Source of the DNA: Gemmatimonadales bacterium
GTDB taxonomy: Bacteria; Gemmatimonadota; Gemmatimonadetes; Gemmatimonadales; GWC2-71-9
DNA: 64,000 nt
Assembly: GCA_965249575.1 (NCBI GenBank)
Contig: OZ252244.1
Location: 2,304,001 to 2,368,000, forward strand
Direction of reading: 5' to 3'
Part shown: one piece after another, positions 10,296 to 20,372 of the stretch
Layout: every line of letters begins with the position of its first letter
Numbering within the stretch: position 1 is the first letter of the stretch
Made by a program: the position numbers and the translations under genes
The notes under the pieces: generated by a model
Seen by the model: only the letters and a program-made list of their open reading frames with translations
Databases searched by the model: none
What the model was told of the DNA's origin: nothing

Positions 10296-10991
10296 ATGAA
10301 GCTCGTGCTGTTCGACATCGACGGAACCATTCTCTGGACCGACGGCGCTGGTCGACGGGCGATCCGGAAGGCGCTCCTCGCGTCGATGGGCACGGCTGGG
10401 CCTATCGACCGTTTCCGTTTCGATGGAAAGACCGATCCTCAGATCATTCGAGAGCTGCTTACGGCTGCTGACCATCCCCAAGCGCAAAGCGACGACCACG
10501 TGGCCGGTGTGTGCGACCGATACGTAGAGTTGCTGGCCGGTGAACTCGCTTCGACGGCGTCCAGCTCGACGCACGTGTTCCCCGGAGTAGAGCGCTTGCT
10601 CGATCTATTGGAGAGCAGGGTCGATTCGCTCTTAGGCCTGCTGACAGGCAATCTGGTCGAGGGAGCGACACTCAAGCTGCGTGCCGCGGGCATCGAACCT
10701 TCGCGGTTTCGGGTTGGGGCCTTCGGCTCCGACGCCGCCGAGCGAAGCGCACTCCCACCTATCGCCGCCACTCGGGCGGCACCGCTCATGGGCGCGTCGC
10801 CTTCCGGCGACGAGATGGTGATCATCGGCGACACGCCGGCCGACGTCACCTGCGGCCGCAGCCTCAACGCCCGCGCGATCGGGGTTGCCACTGGTTCGTA
10901 CAGCAGAGCCGAGCTACTCGCGGAGGGTGCGTACGCCGCTTTCGACGACCTCGCCGATACCGAGGCGGTGTTGGACGCGATCTTCGGATGA
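10296..10991 (+). CDS. HAD-superfamily hydrolase
   Basis: Motif I LFDIDGT, LTGN, motif IV IGDTPAD. Confidence 0.92.
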   Translation: MKLVLFDIDGTILWTDGAGRRAIRKALLASMGTAGPIDRFRFDGKTDPQIIRELLTAADHPQAQSDDHVAGVCDRYVELLAGELASTASSSTHVFPGVERLLDLLESRVDSLLGLLTGNLVEGATLKLRAAGIEPSRFRVGAFGSDAAERSALPPIAATRAAPLMGASPSGDEMVIIGDTPADVTCGRSLNARAIGVATGSYSRAELLAEGAYAAFDDLADTEAVLDAIFG

Positions 10992-11725
10992 CTGAATCGG
11001 ATCTTCTGCTGCCCCTTCGAATCCCCGAGATCGGCCCATCACTGGGCAAGCTCGTGGTTGGCGCTCCCGGGGGCCCAGCCGGGGCCGCGCTGAACGTGGC
11101 GCGATACCAGCTCGTGACCAAGATGATCGAGAGCGCCGGGGAGGCACGGCGGCTGGCGACGAATGGGGAACGGGCGGGGGCGCTCTCGAGCCTTGGGCGC
11201 ACTGCCTGGCTGGAGGCCTGGGAAGAAGCTGTAGGCGTCGTGAGCGGGAGCCTTGTTCAACGAATCAACGAAGCACTTGGGGTCCAGGCTCACGCCGCAC
11301 GAGTGACGAGACGGCACGCGCGGCGGTACCTGCTTGGCGAGAGCGAGTCCCGAGAGCTCACGGCCCGGTTGGGGTCGGCCGGTGCGTGCCTCGTTTCCGC
11401 CCTCGACGAACTGGACCGGCACGCGGCGGCGGCGCTCAACGCGTCGGGGCTCCAACGCGACGCGCTGGAGAGCTGGCAACGATCTCTGCTCACGTCTGCG
11501 CGACGACTCGAATCCGCGTGGCTGCTGCTGCACGACGCGGTGACCGCCGAGCTGGCGCGCGGCGAGCAATTGCGGCAAGCGCTATCCCGGTGGCGCAAGC
11601 CGATCTGGCCCGTTGTGGCGATCGGGATCCCATGCATCGCCATGGCGGTGTGGTCCGGGCTCGTATTCGGGGGGTACGTCCCGGCGCCCGCCTGGCTGGC
11701 GTTCCTTTGGACGCGGCTCTTCTGA
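10988..11725 (+). CDS. Hypothetical helical protein with a C-terminal membrane anchor
   Basis: ATGA overlap with the HAD gene; Ala/Leu-rich helices; hydrophobic C-terminus. Confidence 0.75.
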   Translation: MTESDLLLPLRIPEIGPSLGKLVVGAPGGPAGAALNVARYQLVTKMIESAGEARRLATNGERAGALSSLGRTAWLEAWEEAVGVVSGSLVQRINEALGVQAHAARVTRRHARRYLLGESESRELTARLGSAGACLVSALDELDRHAAAALNASGLQRDALESWQRSLLTSARRLESAWLLLHDAVTAELARGEQLRQALSRWRKPIWPVVAIGIPCIAMAVWSGLVFGGYVPAPAWLAFLWTRLF

Positions 11726-11783
11726 GCCGCGCTCCGGCCGACGGCGGGAGTCTCGTGGCCATCCGCCAGTGCCTGGGTCGAGA

Positions 11784-12170
11784 ATGAACGTTGTCGGCCT
11801 GGGCTTGGACCTCGTCGACATCGCTCGCGTTGAGCGAATGGTCGAGCGACATGGCAACCGGTTTCTTGACCGCGTGCTCACACGGGGCGAGCGGGCCTAC
11901 TGCGCTGAACAAGTGGCGCCAGCTCGTCATATTGCGGCTCGGCTTGCGGCCAAAGAGGCGGCTTTCAAGGCGTTCCAGCACGGCGCCCGGGTGCCTGGTA
12001 TCGGTTGGCTGCACACCGCGGTCGTGCGGGATGATGCCGGCCGGCCCGGGCTCCGGTTCCACGGGCTGGCCGCGGAGACCGCGAAGCGGCTTGGAGTTCA
12101 GGCCGCCCTGGTATCTCTCTCCCATACTGATCTGCAGGCTGCGGCGGTCGTCATCTTGGTCGCTCCTTGA
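11784..12170 (+). CDS. acpS: Holo-[acyl-carrier-protein] synthase
   Basis: G.GLDLV...R, F..RVLT..E, AARLAAKEAAFKA, SLSHT. Confidence 0.92.
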   Translation: MNVVGLGLDLVDIARVERMVERHGNRFLDRVLTRGERAYCAEQVAPARHIAARLAAKEAAFKAFQHGARVPGIGWLHTAVVRDDAGRPGLRFHGLAAETAKRLGVQAALVSLSHTDLQAAAVVILVAP

Positions 12171-12219
12171 CCCGCCTTTGATGCGTTTCGAGATTTTGGA
12201 GAGACTCCGCGGTTGCTGG

Positions 12220-12248
12220 TTGCGATCCTAACGACACCAATCTAGAAT
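12220..12248 (+). promoter_or_regulatory. Sigma-70-type promoter for the iron permease
   Basis: TTGCGA-17 bp-TAGAAT. Confidence 0.6.
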
Positions 12249-12265
12249 TCCAGTACCATCCTAAT

Positions 12266-12280
12266 TGAGAATGATTCTCA
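12266..12280. promoter_or_regulatory. Fur-box-like operator
   Basis: Perfect 7-1-7 inverted repeat TGAGAAT-G-ATTCTCA in AT-rich flanks, overlapping the start of an FTR1 iron permease. Confidence 0.75.
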
Positions 12281-14265
12281 TTTTTAGTCGCGCGTCCTGC
12301 CTACTGGCCGTTCTGGCCCTGCTTGCCCCCTTCGACCTTTTGGGTCAGGGGACGGATGAGGAGCTCGCGAGACGCATCGCCGCGGTCGCGTCCATCGCGC
12401 TGGATGAGTACGCTCTTGGAGTGGTGGACGGGCAGGTCGTAGCGGCAGCTGAGCTGGAGGAAGCGCGACTGTTCGTTGGAGAGGCCCGCCGGTGGGCGAT
12501 ATCGCTGAGTCCGGACGCCCGCGCGACCGCGATCCCCCCCCTCGACGCCCTCGTGGGCGGTGTCGAGCGTCTGGTGCCGGCAGCGGATCTCCAAGACGAG
12601 CTGCTTGTGCTTCGCGGAGCGCTCGAGCAGGCCGTCGGTGTCGCTCTGGACCCGATGCCGTCGAGTGCACCGGCGCTGGCTCGGGGCCGGGCGGTGTACG
12701 AGGCCCAGTGCGCACTCTGCCATGGCGAGCTGGGTGCGGGAGACGGCTTCGCCGGTGCGGGTCTCAATCCGCCGCCGGCCGATTTGACCGACAGCGAGGC
12801 GCTCCGGTCTTCCAGCCCGCTGGACTTTTTCCGCAAGACTACGGTCGGGGTGGCTGGCACAGGGATGCCGGGCTTTGAGCAGCAGCAGAGCCTGGAAGAT
12901 CGATGGGCCGTGGCGCTCTACGCTTCGACGCTGCGTTTCCCAAGAGACGAGGGGGATCCTGAGGGAGAGGCGCTCGCAGATTGTCCCGACTGTCTCTTGC
13001 TCGTGAGCGACTTCTTTGCCACGGCCGCGCTGAGCGACGATTCGCTCGCGGGCCTCCTGGAGACGGCGTCGGGTTTTCGGGGATCACCTCCCCAAGCCGC
13101 CCTCGGTTATGCCCGGACAGCAGGTGCCGCCGATGTGCTAGGATCGGATCGGCGGCTCGAAGGTGCGCGGACCATTAAGAGCGCCAAAGAGGGCGTGGCT
13201 GCAGCCGTTGAGCTGGCCGCCGTCGGCGAGCGCGAGCGGGCTATCGATAAGGCTCTCGAAGCGTACCTCGTATTCGAGCGGGTGGAGCTGGATGTGCGAG
13301 CCCGCGATGCCGCCGCGGCCGCGCGTGTGGAGGCGGGCTTCGCAGATCTCCGATCTGCGCTTGCAGGCGGCGACGAAGGACCTATCCACGAGGCCAGCAC
13401 CGAGGTGAGCGCGGCGCTCGACGGGGCGTTTTCGCCGGGTGGAGCCGTCGCATCGCTGCCCGCGCTGTTCGGGCAATCTCTGGTAATCATGCTGCGGGAA
13501 GGGCTGGAGGCTATCCTCATAATTGGGGCGCTCGTGGCCTTCCTCCAAAAAGCGGGCGCTCGGGACCGCATTCGCGATATCGGGTGGGGCGTGGGGGCCG
13601 CCGTCGGCGCGAGCCTCATAACGGCCGTGGGGTTCGCCACGCTGTGGCAGGTCTCGACCGCCCAGCGCGAGGCCCTCGAAGGGTTCACGATGGTGCTCGC
13701 GGCAGCAGTCCTTTTTTGGGTCTCCTACTGGCTGGTTTCCAAGATCGAGATCAAGAAATGGCAGGCGTTCGTCGGGCAGCAGATGGGAAAGGCGCTATCG
13801 AGCCGCAGTGCGCTCGCCCTCAGCGCGGTGGCATTCCTTGCAGTGTATCGGGAGGGTTTCGAGACCGTGCTGTTCTACGCGGCGCTCTTCGCGTCTGCCA
13901 GTGGGATCGCGCGCGCACCGTGGAGCATCACGAGCGGTATCCTCTTGGGAGGCACGATTTTAGGCGTTGTGTATTTTGTCATCCAACGCTTTGGGGTCCG
14001 AATCCCGCTCAAGCCGTTCTTCGCGGTGACCAGCACGCTGCTCTATCTGATGGCGTTTTCGTTCGCGGGCCAGGGCATCGCCGAATTGCAGGAGGGGGGC
14101 TACGTGCCGACTACCCAGCTGGACTGGGTTCCCTCAGTGCCGTTCCTCGGCATCTTCCCCACGACCCAGACGCTGGCCATCCAGCTATTTCTCGCGGTTG
14201 CGTTATTGGGTGCCTTGGCGTGGGTGTTCTGGCTGGAGCCGGTCGCCGCCGCTCGGAGGCGCTAG
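12271..14265 (+). CDS. Cytochrome c / FTR1 family iron permease (PbrT/EfeU-like fusion)
   Basis: Signal peptide, heme motif CALCH, two REGxE motifs (MLREGLEA, YREGFET) and a multi-TM C-terminal domain. Confidence 0.92.
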   Translation: MILIFSRASCLLAVLALLAPFDLLGQGTDEELARRIAAVASIALDEYALGVVDGQVVAAAELEEARLFVGEARRWAISLSPDARATAIPPLDALVGGVERLVPAADLQDELLVLRGALEQAVGVALDPMPSSAPALARGRAVYEAQCALCHGELGAGDGFAGAGLNPPPADLTDSEALRSSSPLDFFRKTTVGVAGTGMPGFEQQQSLEDRWAVALYASTLRFPRDEGDPEGEALADCPDCLLLVSDFFATAALSDDSLAGLLETASGFRGSPPQAALGYARTAGAADVLGSDRRLEGARTIKSAKEGVAAAVELAAVGERERAIDKALEAYLVFERVELDVRARDAAAAARVEAGFADLRSALAGGDEGPIHEASTEVSAALDGAFSPGGAVASLPALFGQSLVIMLREGLEAILIIGALVAFLQKAGARDRIRDIGWGVGAAVGASLITAVGFATLWQVSTAQREALEGFTMVLAAAVLFWVSYWLVSKIEIKKWQAFVGQQMGKALSSRSALALSAVAFLAVYREGFETVLFYAALFASASGIARAPWSITSGILLGGTILGVVYFVIQRFGVRIPLKPFFAVTSTLLYLMAFSFAGQGIAELQEGGYVPTTQLDWVPSVPFLGIFPTTQTLAIQLFLAVALLGALAWVFWLEPVAAARRR

Positions 14266-14275
14266 CCGAAGTCCC

Positions 14276-15121
14276 TTAGGTGCCGGCGGCCTCCGGCGCA
14301 ACGGCCGACCTGCTCGGGATCTGAAGATCGTCTTGTCGATGCCACCTGGCCGCGAGCCAGATTCCGATACCCAGGATGGCGACACTCGCTAACTGCGCCA
14401 CCGTGAACGGGCCGAATACGCGATCGTCCTTGGCCCGAACGAACTCAACTAGGAAACGCTCGAGACCGGCCAGCATCAGGTAAATCCCGAATAGCCACCC
14501 GACCGCATGGCGGTGCGCCCGCCATCGCCAGAGCAGCCAGAACGCGAACATCATCGCGGCGACTTCGTACAGTTGCGTTGGGTGCACCGCCAGCACATCG
14601 AGAGGCTGTGCACCTGCCGGTAGGTCCGTGCCGAACAGGGCGCCCATGTTCTGGGCGGTCGTTGGGGGAAGTCCTTCGGGGAACCTCATGCCCCAGGGGA
14701 GGGACGTTGGGATCCCGTAATCGTCTTGGACCAGGAAGCATCCGACCCTCCCTAGCGCGTACCCCACCGCGAGCGCGGGGGCGGATAGCTCGAGCGTTAG
14801 GCGAGCCGGAACATGTTTGCGCCAGCCGTTGCCGAGCACGGCGACGGTACCACCGATGAACCCGCCGTACCACACCAGCCCTCCTCGAGAGATGAGAGCC
14901 CCGAGTTCGCCGGTGAGGCCTACATACCAAAGCTTGGCACCGAGAATACCCCCGATCACTGCTGCCACGACGACGTCCGCCGCGTACTCCTCGTTCAGGT
15001 GGCGCCTGCGAAGCTCCCGCTGAATGACCCACCCGGCCATGAGGAATCCCACCATCATCATGAGGCCGTAGCCGGTGATGGTGAACGTGCCCAGCTTTAG
15101 GATCAACGGATACACGGTCAT
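14276..15121 (-). CDS. lgt: Prolipoprotein diacylglyceryl transferase
   Basis: YGLM, GGLVWYGG, GRVGCFL, HPTQLYE, RFLVEFVR. Confidence 0.92.
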   Translation of the reverse strand: MTVYPLILKLGTFTITGYGLMMMVGFLMAGWVIQRELRRRHLNEEYAADVVVAAVIGGILGAKLWYVGLTGELGALISRGGLVWYGGFIGGTVAVLGNGWRKHVPARLTLELSAPALAVGYALGRVGCFLVQDDYGIPTSLPWGMRFPEGLPPTTAQNMGALFGTDLPAGAQPLDVLAVHPTQLYEVAAMMFAFWLLWRWRAHRHAVGWLFGIYLMLAGLERFLVEFVRAKDDRVFGPFTVAQLASVAILGIGIWLAARWHRQDDLQIPSRSAVAPEAAGT

Positions 15122-16149
15122 ACGGCGATTGAACCTCTCTCCAGGCCTGGCAGGGGTAATGATGGGTCTGCGTCCAGGTACGAGTTGCCAGGTCGCCCCT
15201 GCTCGAGGTGGAACCATCCGGCGCGCGCAATCATCGCCGCGTTGTCCACGTTGAGGCGCGGGCTTGCGAGGGCCAAGCGCCCGCCCACCGCTCGGAGGTC
15301 GGCGGCGAGCCTGGTCGCCAGTGCTCGGTTGCACGCGACGCCTCCGCTCAGAACGACCGTCCGGTAATCGGTGAGTCGAACCGCGGACATGGCCTTGCTC
15401 GCGAGTACGTCGATTACTGCTGTCTGGAACGAGGCGGCCAGGTCGGCACGGTCGCTCTGAAGGTCGTTGGAGCGTCGCACCGCATGGAGCACCGCCGTCT
15501 TGAGGCCGCTGAAGGAGAACTCGAACCCGTCGTGGATCATCGGGCGCGGGAAGTCGAATCGATCCGACCCGCCCACAGCCAGCCGTTCGATCTCCGGCCC
15601 CCCCGGGTAGTCCAGACCCAAGAGCGTCGCAACCTTGTCGAACGCTTCACCCGCCGCGTCATCGCGGGTTTCTCCGAGCAGCCGATAGCGCCCCCACTCC
15701 GGCACGTCGAGCAACATCGTGTGACCGCCGGATACGAGTAGCGCGACGAATGGAGGCGCGAATTCAGGGTCCTCCAGCGACGGGGCAAAGATGTGGCCCT
15801 CGAGGTGGTGTACGCCGACGATCGGTTTGCCGAGTCCGGCAGCCAGAGCCTTGGCGTAGCACACTCCGACGATGAGCGCCCCGGCCAGGCCCGGTCCGGC
15901 GGTGACGGCCACGGCGTCGACCGCCGAAATGGGCACTCCGGCCTCGCGCAGCGCCAGGTCAACCACTGGATCGATGAGCCTGAGGTGCGCTCGACTGGCC
16001 AGCTCGGGCACGACCCCGCCGAACACCTTGTGCACGTCCTGCGAATTGACGATGAGGCTTGCCAGCTCCGGCGCGCCGCCGTTGGAGACCAAGACCGCGG
16101 CTGAGGTCTCGTCGCACGAGGTCTCGATACCTAGTACGACGTCAGTCAC
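15118..16149 (-). CDS. tsaD: tRNA N6-adenosine threonylcarbamoyltransferase
   Basis: LGIETSCDET, GGVVPELASRAH, HHLEGH, LLVSGGHT, DDAAGEAFDK, DNAAMIA. Confidence 0.96.
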   Translation of the reverse strand: MTDVVLGIETSCDETSAAVLVSNGGAPELASLIVNSQDVHKVFGGVVPELASRAHLRLIDPVVDLALREAGVPISAVDAVAVTAGPGLAGALIVGVCYAKALAAGLGKPIVGVHHLEGHIFAPSLEDPEFAPPFVALLVSGGHTMLLDVPEWGRYRLLGETRDDAAGEAFDKVATLLGLDYPGGPEIERLAVGGSDRFDFPRPMIHDGFEFSFSGLKTAVLHAVRRSNDLQSDRADLAASFQTAVIDVLASKAMSAVRLTDYRTVVLSGGVACNRALATRLAADLRAVGGRLALASPRLNVDNAAMIARAGWFHLEQGRPGNSYLDADPSLPLPGLERGSIAV

Positions 16150-17074
16150 TGCTTCTCCGCTGCAGCACCGCGCTGTCCGGCGTTGCCGTGCCCTCGATGC
16201 CCGGCGGTGCGATGACCTCGAGCCGCACGGTATCGGCCTCACCTTCGCTCTGCGGGAGCGCGGCTACCGCAACGCTGTCCCGCGTCATGCGAAGGAGACG
16301 GGCGGTTGGTCCCCGCACGGTCACTATGACCGCGGGCGGCTCTGGCTCCCACGCGTTCCCTTGATCGTCGCCCACCGCGACCGGGATCCCCATGAGCACC
16401 CGCTCCGAAATGGGACCTACCTCGGCCGAGATCTCGACGTCGCGTTGCGATAGGCGCACGTTCCCAAGCCCGGCGGTGTCGATCTCAACTGCTCGGTGCA
16501 CCGGACCGGAAACCCTCCTGAGCTCGATCGGCAGCGTCAAGAGCTCCCGTACTCGTGCCACCTGGGCCACCGGTCCCATCACCTCGAGGCTGCTGGGTAC
16601 GATGGCGATGCCACCGAACAGCGCAAACCCGGAGTCCGGCCGGATGCTCGCTCGAGCCACTACGGGGACGGTGCGGCGGACGACGTCGTCGAGCTGGAGG
16701 ACGATTGAACGGGGCTGGATGTCCTGAGCGGTGACGTCGGCGTTTTGGACCGGCTCGAGGTCGCCGATGGACAGGGACAGCCTGAATAGCGAATCACTCA
16801 CCGTGTCGGGTATAGCGCGCCGCACGATGGGCGGTGCCGCATAGAGCTTGATCAACTCCCGCGCCGTGCCCGAGTAGAGTGCCCGGACGGGTGGAAGGGC
16901 GCGGGTCAGCGTCCGACCCGGCGGCGGCTCAACCACGAGGTCCACCGAAACGAGCTGAGTTGTCGGTTCCTGGGCGGCCACGGCCGCCCACAAGACCGCG
17001 GCTAGTGCGAGCGCCGTGAGCTTGATTGGCCAGTTCGTAACAAGGCGTTTCCGCAGCTCTTGGATTCCGATCAT
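16142..17074 (-). CDS. YbbR/CdaR-like domain protein
   Basis: N-terminal NWPIKL.AL.LA..LW anchor followed by repeated beta domains (P..V.V.GP). Confidence 0.75.
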   Translation of the reverse strand: MIGIQELRKRLVTNWPIKLTALALAAVLWAAVAAQEPTTQLVSVDLVVEPPPGRTLTRALPPVRALYSGTARELIKLYAAPPIVRRAIPDTVSDSLFRLSLSIGDLEPVQNADVTAQDIQPRSIVLQLDDVVRRTVPVVARASIRPDSGFALFGGIAIVPSSLEVMGPVAQVARVRELLTLPIELRRVSGPVHRAVEIDTAGLGNVRLSQRDVEISAEVGPISERVLMGIPVAVGDDQGNAWEPEPPAVIVTVRGPTARLLRMTRDSVAVAALPQSEGEADTVRLEVIAPPGIEGTATPDSAVLQRRSSD

Positions 17075-17631
17075 CCGCCGGTACCCCCAGCTGGCTGGAT
17101 AAGGAGCCTGCGGAAGAGCGCCTTGTGGGATGGATGGTCCCACTCAATCGCGCTAATGAGCTTCTTCACGATGACCCCGTGCCGGTCGATCACGAAGCTC
17201 TCGGGTACCCCCGTCGTGTGATAGATACGCTGTATTTCCCCGCTCCGGTCGTGAAGGACGTCGAAGCTCAAGTTCCGGGCGGCCGCCCAGTCCCGAACAC
17301 CCCTCGGGTCGCCGGCGTCGATGCTCACGGCCACGATCGCTAATCCCTCCGCTCCCAACTCGTCGTAGAGACGCTGCATCGAGGGCATCTCGGCCTCGCA
17401 CGGAGCGCACCACGTGGCCCAAACGTTCAGGAGCGTGACTCGCCCGCGGTACCGGTCGAGGCTTGCGGAGTCTCCAGTTGCCAAATCGAGCGCCCGGAAA
17501 TTGGGCGCCTCGCTTCCGACCGCTACCTCGGAGAAATCGGGGGACAGCAATACGCCCGCGGCAAGGAGCGCACCGAGCCCTCCGAGCACGGCGCCAACGA
17601 CGTACCACTGCCCTTTCGACGACACGCTCAC
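17071..17631 (-). CDS. TlpA/ResA family thiol-disulfide oxidoreductase
   Basis: N-terminal TM, LNVWATWCAPC..EMP, GVPESFVID. Confidence 0.92.
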   Translation of the reverse strand: MSVSSKGQWYVVGAVLGGLGALLAAGVLLSPDFSEVAVGSEAPNFRALDLATGDSASLDRYRGRVTLLNVWATWCAPCEAEMPSMQRLYDELGAEGLAIVAVSIDAGDPRGVRDWAAARNLSFDVLHDRSGEIQRIYHTTGVPESFVIDRHGVIVKKLISAIEWDHPSHKALFRRLLIQPAGGTGG

Positions 17632-18299
17632 ACGCGCTCGCAGCAAAGTGTTCGCAGCTCTCGGACTGCGTTGGCGGGATCAGCCACGCCGAACACGGCA
17701 GAGCCGGCGACGAACGTGTCGGCGCCCGCGCCGTGTGCGGCCACGATGGTTTTCGGGGTGATTCCACCATCGGCCTCCAGCCGCGCCGCGCAGCCGTGTG
17801 CGTCCAGCAGCGCCCGCGCGCGGGCAATCTTACCCGTGCAGGCCGGCAGGTACGTCTGGCCGCCGAATCCCGGGTTGACGGTCATGATGAGGAGGAGATC
17901 AATGTCACTCAGTACCTCTTCGGCATGCTGGAGGGGAGTGGCTGGATTCAACGCGAGGCCCGCGCGGATTCCCCGCTCACGGACGTCAGCCAGGAGGCGC
18001 TGAGTGTGGATCGTCGCTTCCGGATGAAACGTGAAGACTGAAGCGCCGGCCTCAGCAAACGGCACCAGGTATTGCTCGGGCTCGATCACCATGAGGTGAA
18101 CGTCCAGCGGCAGTTCGGTGAGGCGCTTGAGGGCGGAGATCGTTTTGGCGCCGAACGTGAGATTCGGCACGAATCGGCCGTCCATCACGTCGATGTGGAT
18201 CCAGTCGGCGCCACCCTCTTCCACAGCCGCTACCTGCTCCGCCAGGCGCAGGAGATCCGCGCTGAGTACGCTCGGCGCAAGGCGAACATTCTCGCTCAT
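17628..18299 (-). CDS. rpe: Ribulose-phosphate 3-epimerase
   Basis: APSVLSAD, HIDVMDG.FVPN, DVHLM, MTVNPGFGGQ, DGGI, VAGSAVF. Confidence 0.96.
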   Translation of the reverse strand: MSENVRLAPSVLSADLLRLAEQVAAVEEGGADWIHIDVMDGRFVPNLTFGAKTISALKRLTELPLDVHLMVIEPEQYLVPFAEAGASVFTFHPEATIHTQRLLADVRERGIRAGLALNPATPLQHAEEVLSDIDLLLIMTVNPGFGGQTYLPACTGKIARARALLDAHGCAARLEADGGITPKTIVAAHGAGADTFVAGSAVFGVADPANAVRELRTLCCERV

Positions 18300-19108
18300 C
18301 TCGGCTGCCTTGCCAAGATCACGTCGATGGCAGTGCCCGGAGCACTCAACGTTCCTCCTCGTGGCCGCTGTTCGATTACCGAGCCCACGTCGTGTACGCT
18401 CGACGCCCGGGCGAAGTACGTACCGAGCACAAGTCCTGCATGTTCCAAGCTGTCCCGGGCCTCATCGAGCGTTAACCCGAGGAGATTGGGCACGCTGATC
18501 GTTGGCGCGCCGACGCTGACGACCAGCGTGATGGGTGTTCCGGGCAGCATTGTGGCTCCCGCCGGCGGCCGAGTATTGACCGCAACCCCTCGGGGGGCCG
18601 ACGTCTGAGCCGATGCCACCGAGCCCAGCTCGAGTCCGGCGGATTCGATGAGGGTCCGCGCCAGGTCGGCCGTATATCCCGCCACATCAGGGACCGGCAC
18701 GCGCTGAGGGCCCTCACTGACCGAAAGATCGACGGTAGCCCCCTCGGTGACCACCACTCCCTGCGGTGGATCCTGCCAGACCACGGTACCCCTCGCAGCA
18801 GTCGGATGAGAGATCCGCTCGGTTTCCCGTCCTCGTAGCGCCACCTGCTCCAGCGTTTGTTCCGCTTCCGACACCGGCAAATCGAGCACGCGAGGCACGA
18901 TCTTTGTCGATGCGAAGAGCGGCGCGCGAAAGAGCACGAGTGCGGCGATGAGATAACCAGACAGCAACGCCCCAGCGAACACGCTCGCACCGATCGCTGC
19001 CCACCGCCAGCTCGAAATCGCCGTAAGCCGCTCACCACCCCGATGGGCCGCTCTCTGGAACCAACGCTTCCAGTCGATCCCCTGCGGGACATGGCGCCGG
19101 AACTTCAG
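18296..19108 (-). CDS. PASTA domain-containing membrane protein (three PASTA repeats)
   Basis: TM helix then repeats VP.V.....A...L...G(L)...G.V..Q.P..G. The frame is open upstream to a CTG at 19108 that overlaps the rsmB stop; the ORF track starts at 18982. Confidence 0.85.
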   Translation of the reverse strand: MKFRRHVPQGIDWKRWFQRAAHRGGERLTAISSWRWAAIGASVFAGALLSGYLIAALVLFRAPLFASTKIVPRVLDLPVSEAEQTLEQVALRGRETERISHPTAARGTVVWQDPPQGVVVTEGATVDLSVSEGPQRVPVPDVAGYTADLARTLIESAGLELGSVASAQTSAPRGVAVNTRPPAGATMLPGTPITLVVSVGAPTISVPNLLGLTLDEARDSLEHAGLVLGTYFARASSVHDVGSVIEQRPRGGTLSAPGTAIDVILARQPR

Positions 19109-20358
19109 GACACTCGCCTCAAGCGCGCCGCGAATGCACCGTCCGTTTCCGAAACGGGAGGGAACAAGAAGAAATCGGCCTCTATCCGCTCGAACTCGGG
19201 GTGCCGGTCGAGAAAACGATCGATCTGTATGGCGTTCTCCTCCGGCTCAATGCTGCACGTAGCGTAGACGAGTACGCCGCCGACCGCCAGCGACGGGGCT
19301 GCACCGTCCAGCAGCCGTTCCTGAAGGCTCGCCAACGACGCGATCCGCCGCGACGCCAGCCGCCACCGCGCGTCGGGGTGTCGTGCGAGCACTCCGGTGG
19401 CGGTGCAGGGCGCGTCGAGAAGTGCCCAACTGAGTGCCCCCGCACGGATCGGGGGCTGACGGGCGTCCGCAAGGAAGAGTCGTACCTCCGGCGCTGCGCG
19501 GCCGACGGTATCCCGCAACCGGGCGAGGCGTGCCCGGCTCCGGTCGGAGGCCACCACCGGTCCACGGCGGGAGAGCAGCGCGGCCTTGCCGCCCGGCGCG
19601 GCGCAGGCGTCCCACACGAGCTGGCCCTCCGGGAACTTTGCATAACGGAGAGTCAACGCCTGCGCGGGATCTTGGACCACGAATCCGCCCTCCCGATAGC
19701 CAGGCAACTCGGCGATCTTGATCCCCCCGCCAGACACGACAAGGCCGGCGCCCTGGGTTGCGTCGTGAGTTGCAAACCCCGCCCCACGTACCGCGCCGCG
19801 CAATTCGTCCAGGGACCATCCGGTCGGCTGCAGCACCAGGGGCGGCTGACGGTTGTTATGCTCGAGGAGTGCCCGTGTCGCGTCCGCACCGTGTTGCTCG
19901 AGCCACCGGGCTACCAACCATTCTGGGTGAGAGTAGCGGAGGGACATGTCGGGAGCCGTGGCACCGGTGGGTGCCTCCGCCGTCCCAATGCGAGTCAGGC
20001 TGCGCAGCACCGCATTGATCAGGCGCGCGCTCCCCGGACGTCCAAGTCCCTTCGCGACCTCCACCGTCGATTGAACGGCGGCGTAGGGAGGGACCCTGGA
20101 GAGGCCCTTCAGCTGGTAGGCACCAAGCCGCAACAGGTCGCGTACGTCGGGGGAGAGGCGCCGCCAGCGGATGGAGACCAAGGGACGGATTTGGCGATCC
20201 AGGTCGCGTCTGCTCCGGAGCACACCTGAGGCGATCTCGTGGGCGAGCCGACGGTCCGCCGGGCTCAACTGGTGGAGGGGTCGAGCGAGTGCTCTGTCGA
20301 AGGAATCACCCGTGCGCACGGCCCGCAGGATGTCGAGGGCGGCCCCGCGCGCGGCCAC
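19105..20358 (-). CDS. rsmB: 16S rRNA m5C967 methyltransferase (NusB-like N-domain)
   Basis: YSHPEWL, QD.A, DACAAPGGK, DAPC...G, YATCS..PEEN, DGAFAARL. Confidence 0.92.
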   Translation of the reverse strand: MAARGAALDILRAVRTGDSFDRALARPLHQLSPADRRLAHEIASGVLRSRRDLDRQIRPLVSIRWRRLSPDVRDLLRLGAYQLKGLSRVPPYAAVQSTVEVAKGLGRPGSARLINAVLRSLTRIGTAEAPTGATAPDMSLRYSHPEWLVARWLEQHGADATRALLEHNNRQPPLVLQPTGWSLDELRGAVRGAGFATHDATQGAGLVVSGGGIKIAELPGYREGGFVVQDPAQALTLRYAKFPEGQLVWDACAAPGGKAALLSRRGPVVASDRSRARLARLRDTVGRAAPEVRLFLADARQPPIRAGALSWALLDAPCTATGVLARHPDARWRLASRRIASLASLQERLLDGAAPSLAVGGVLVYATCSIEPEENAIQIDRFLDRHPEFERIEADFFLFPPVSETDGAFAARLRRVS

Positions 20359-20372
20359 CCCGCTCTGCGCTT

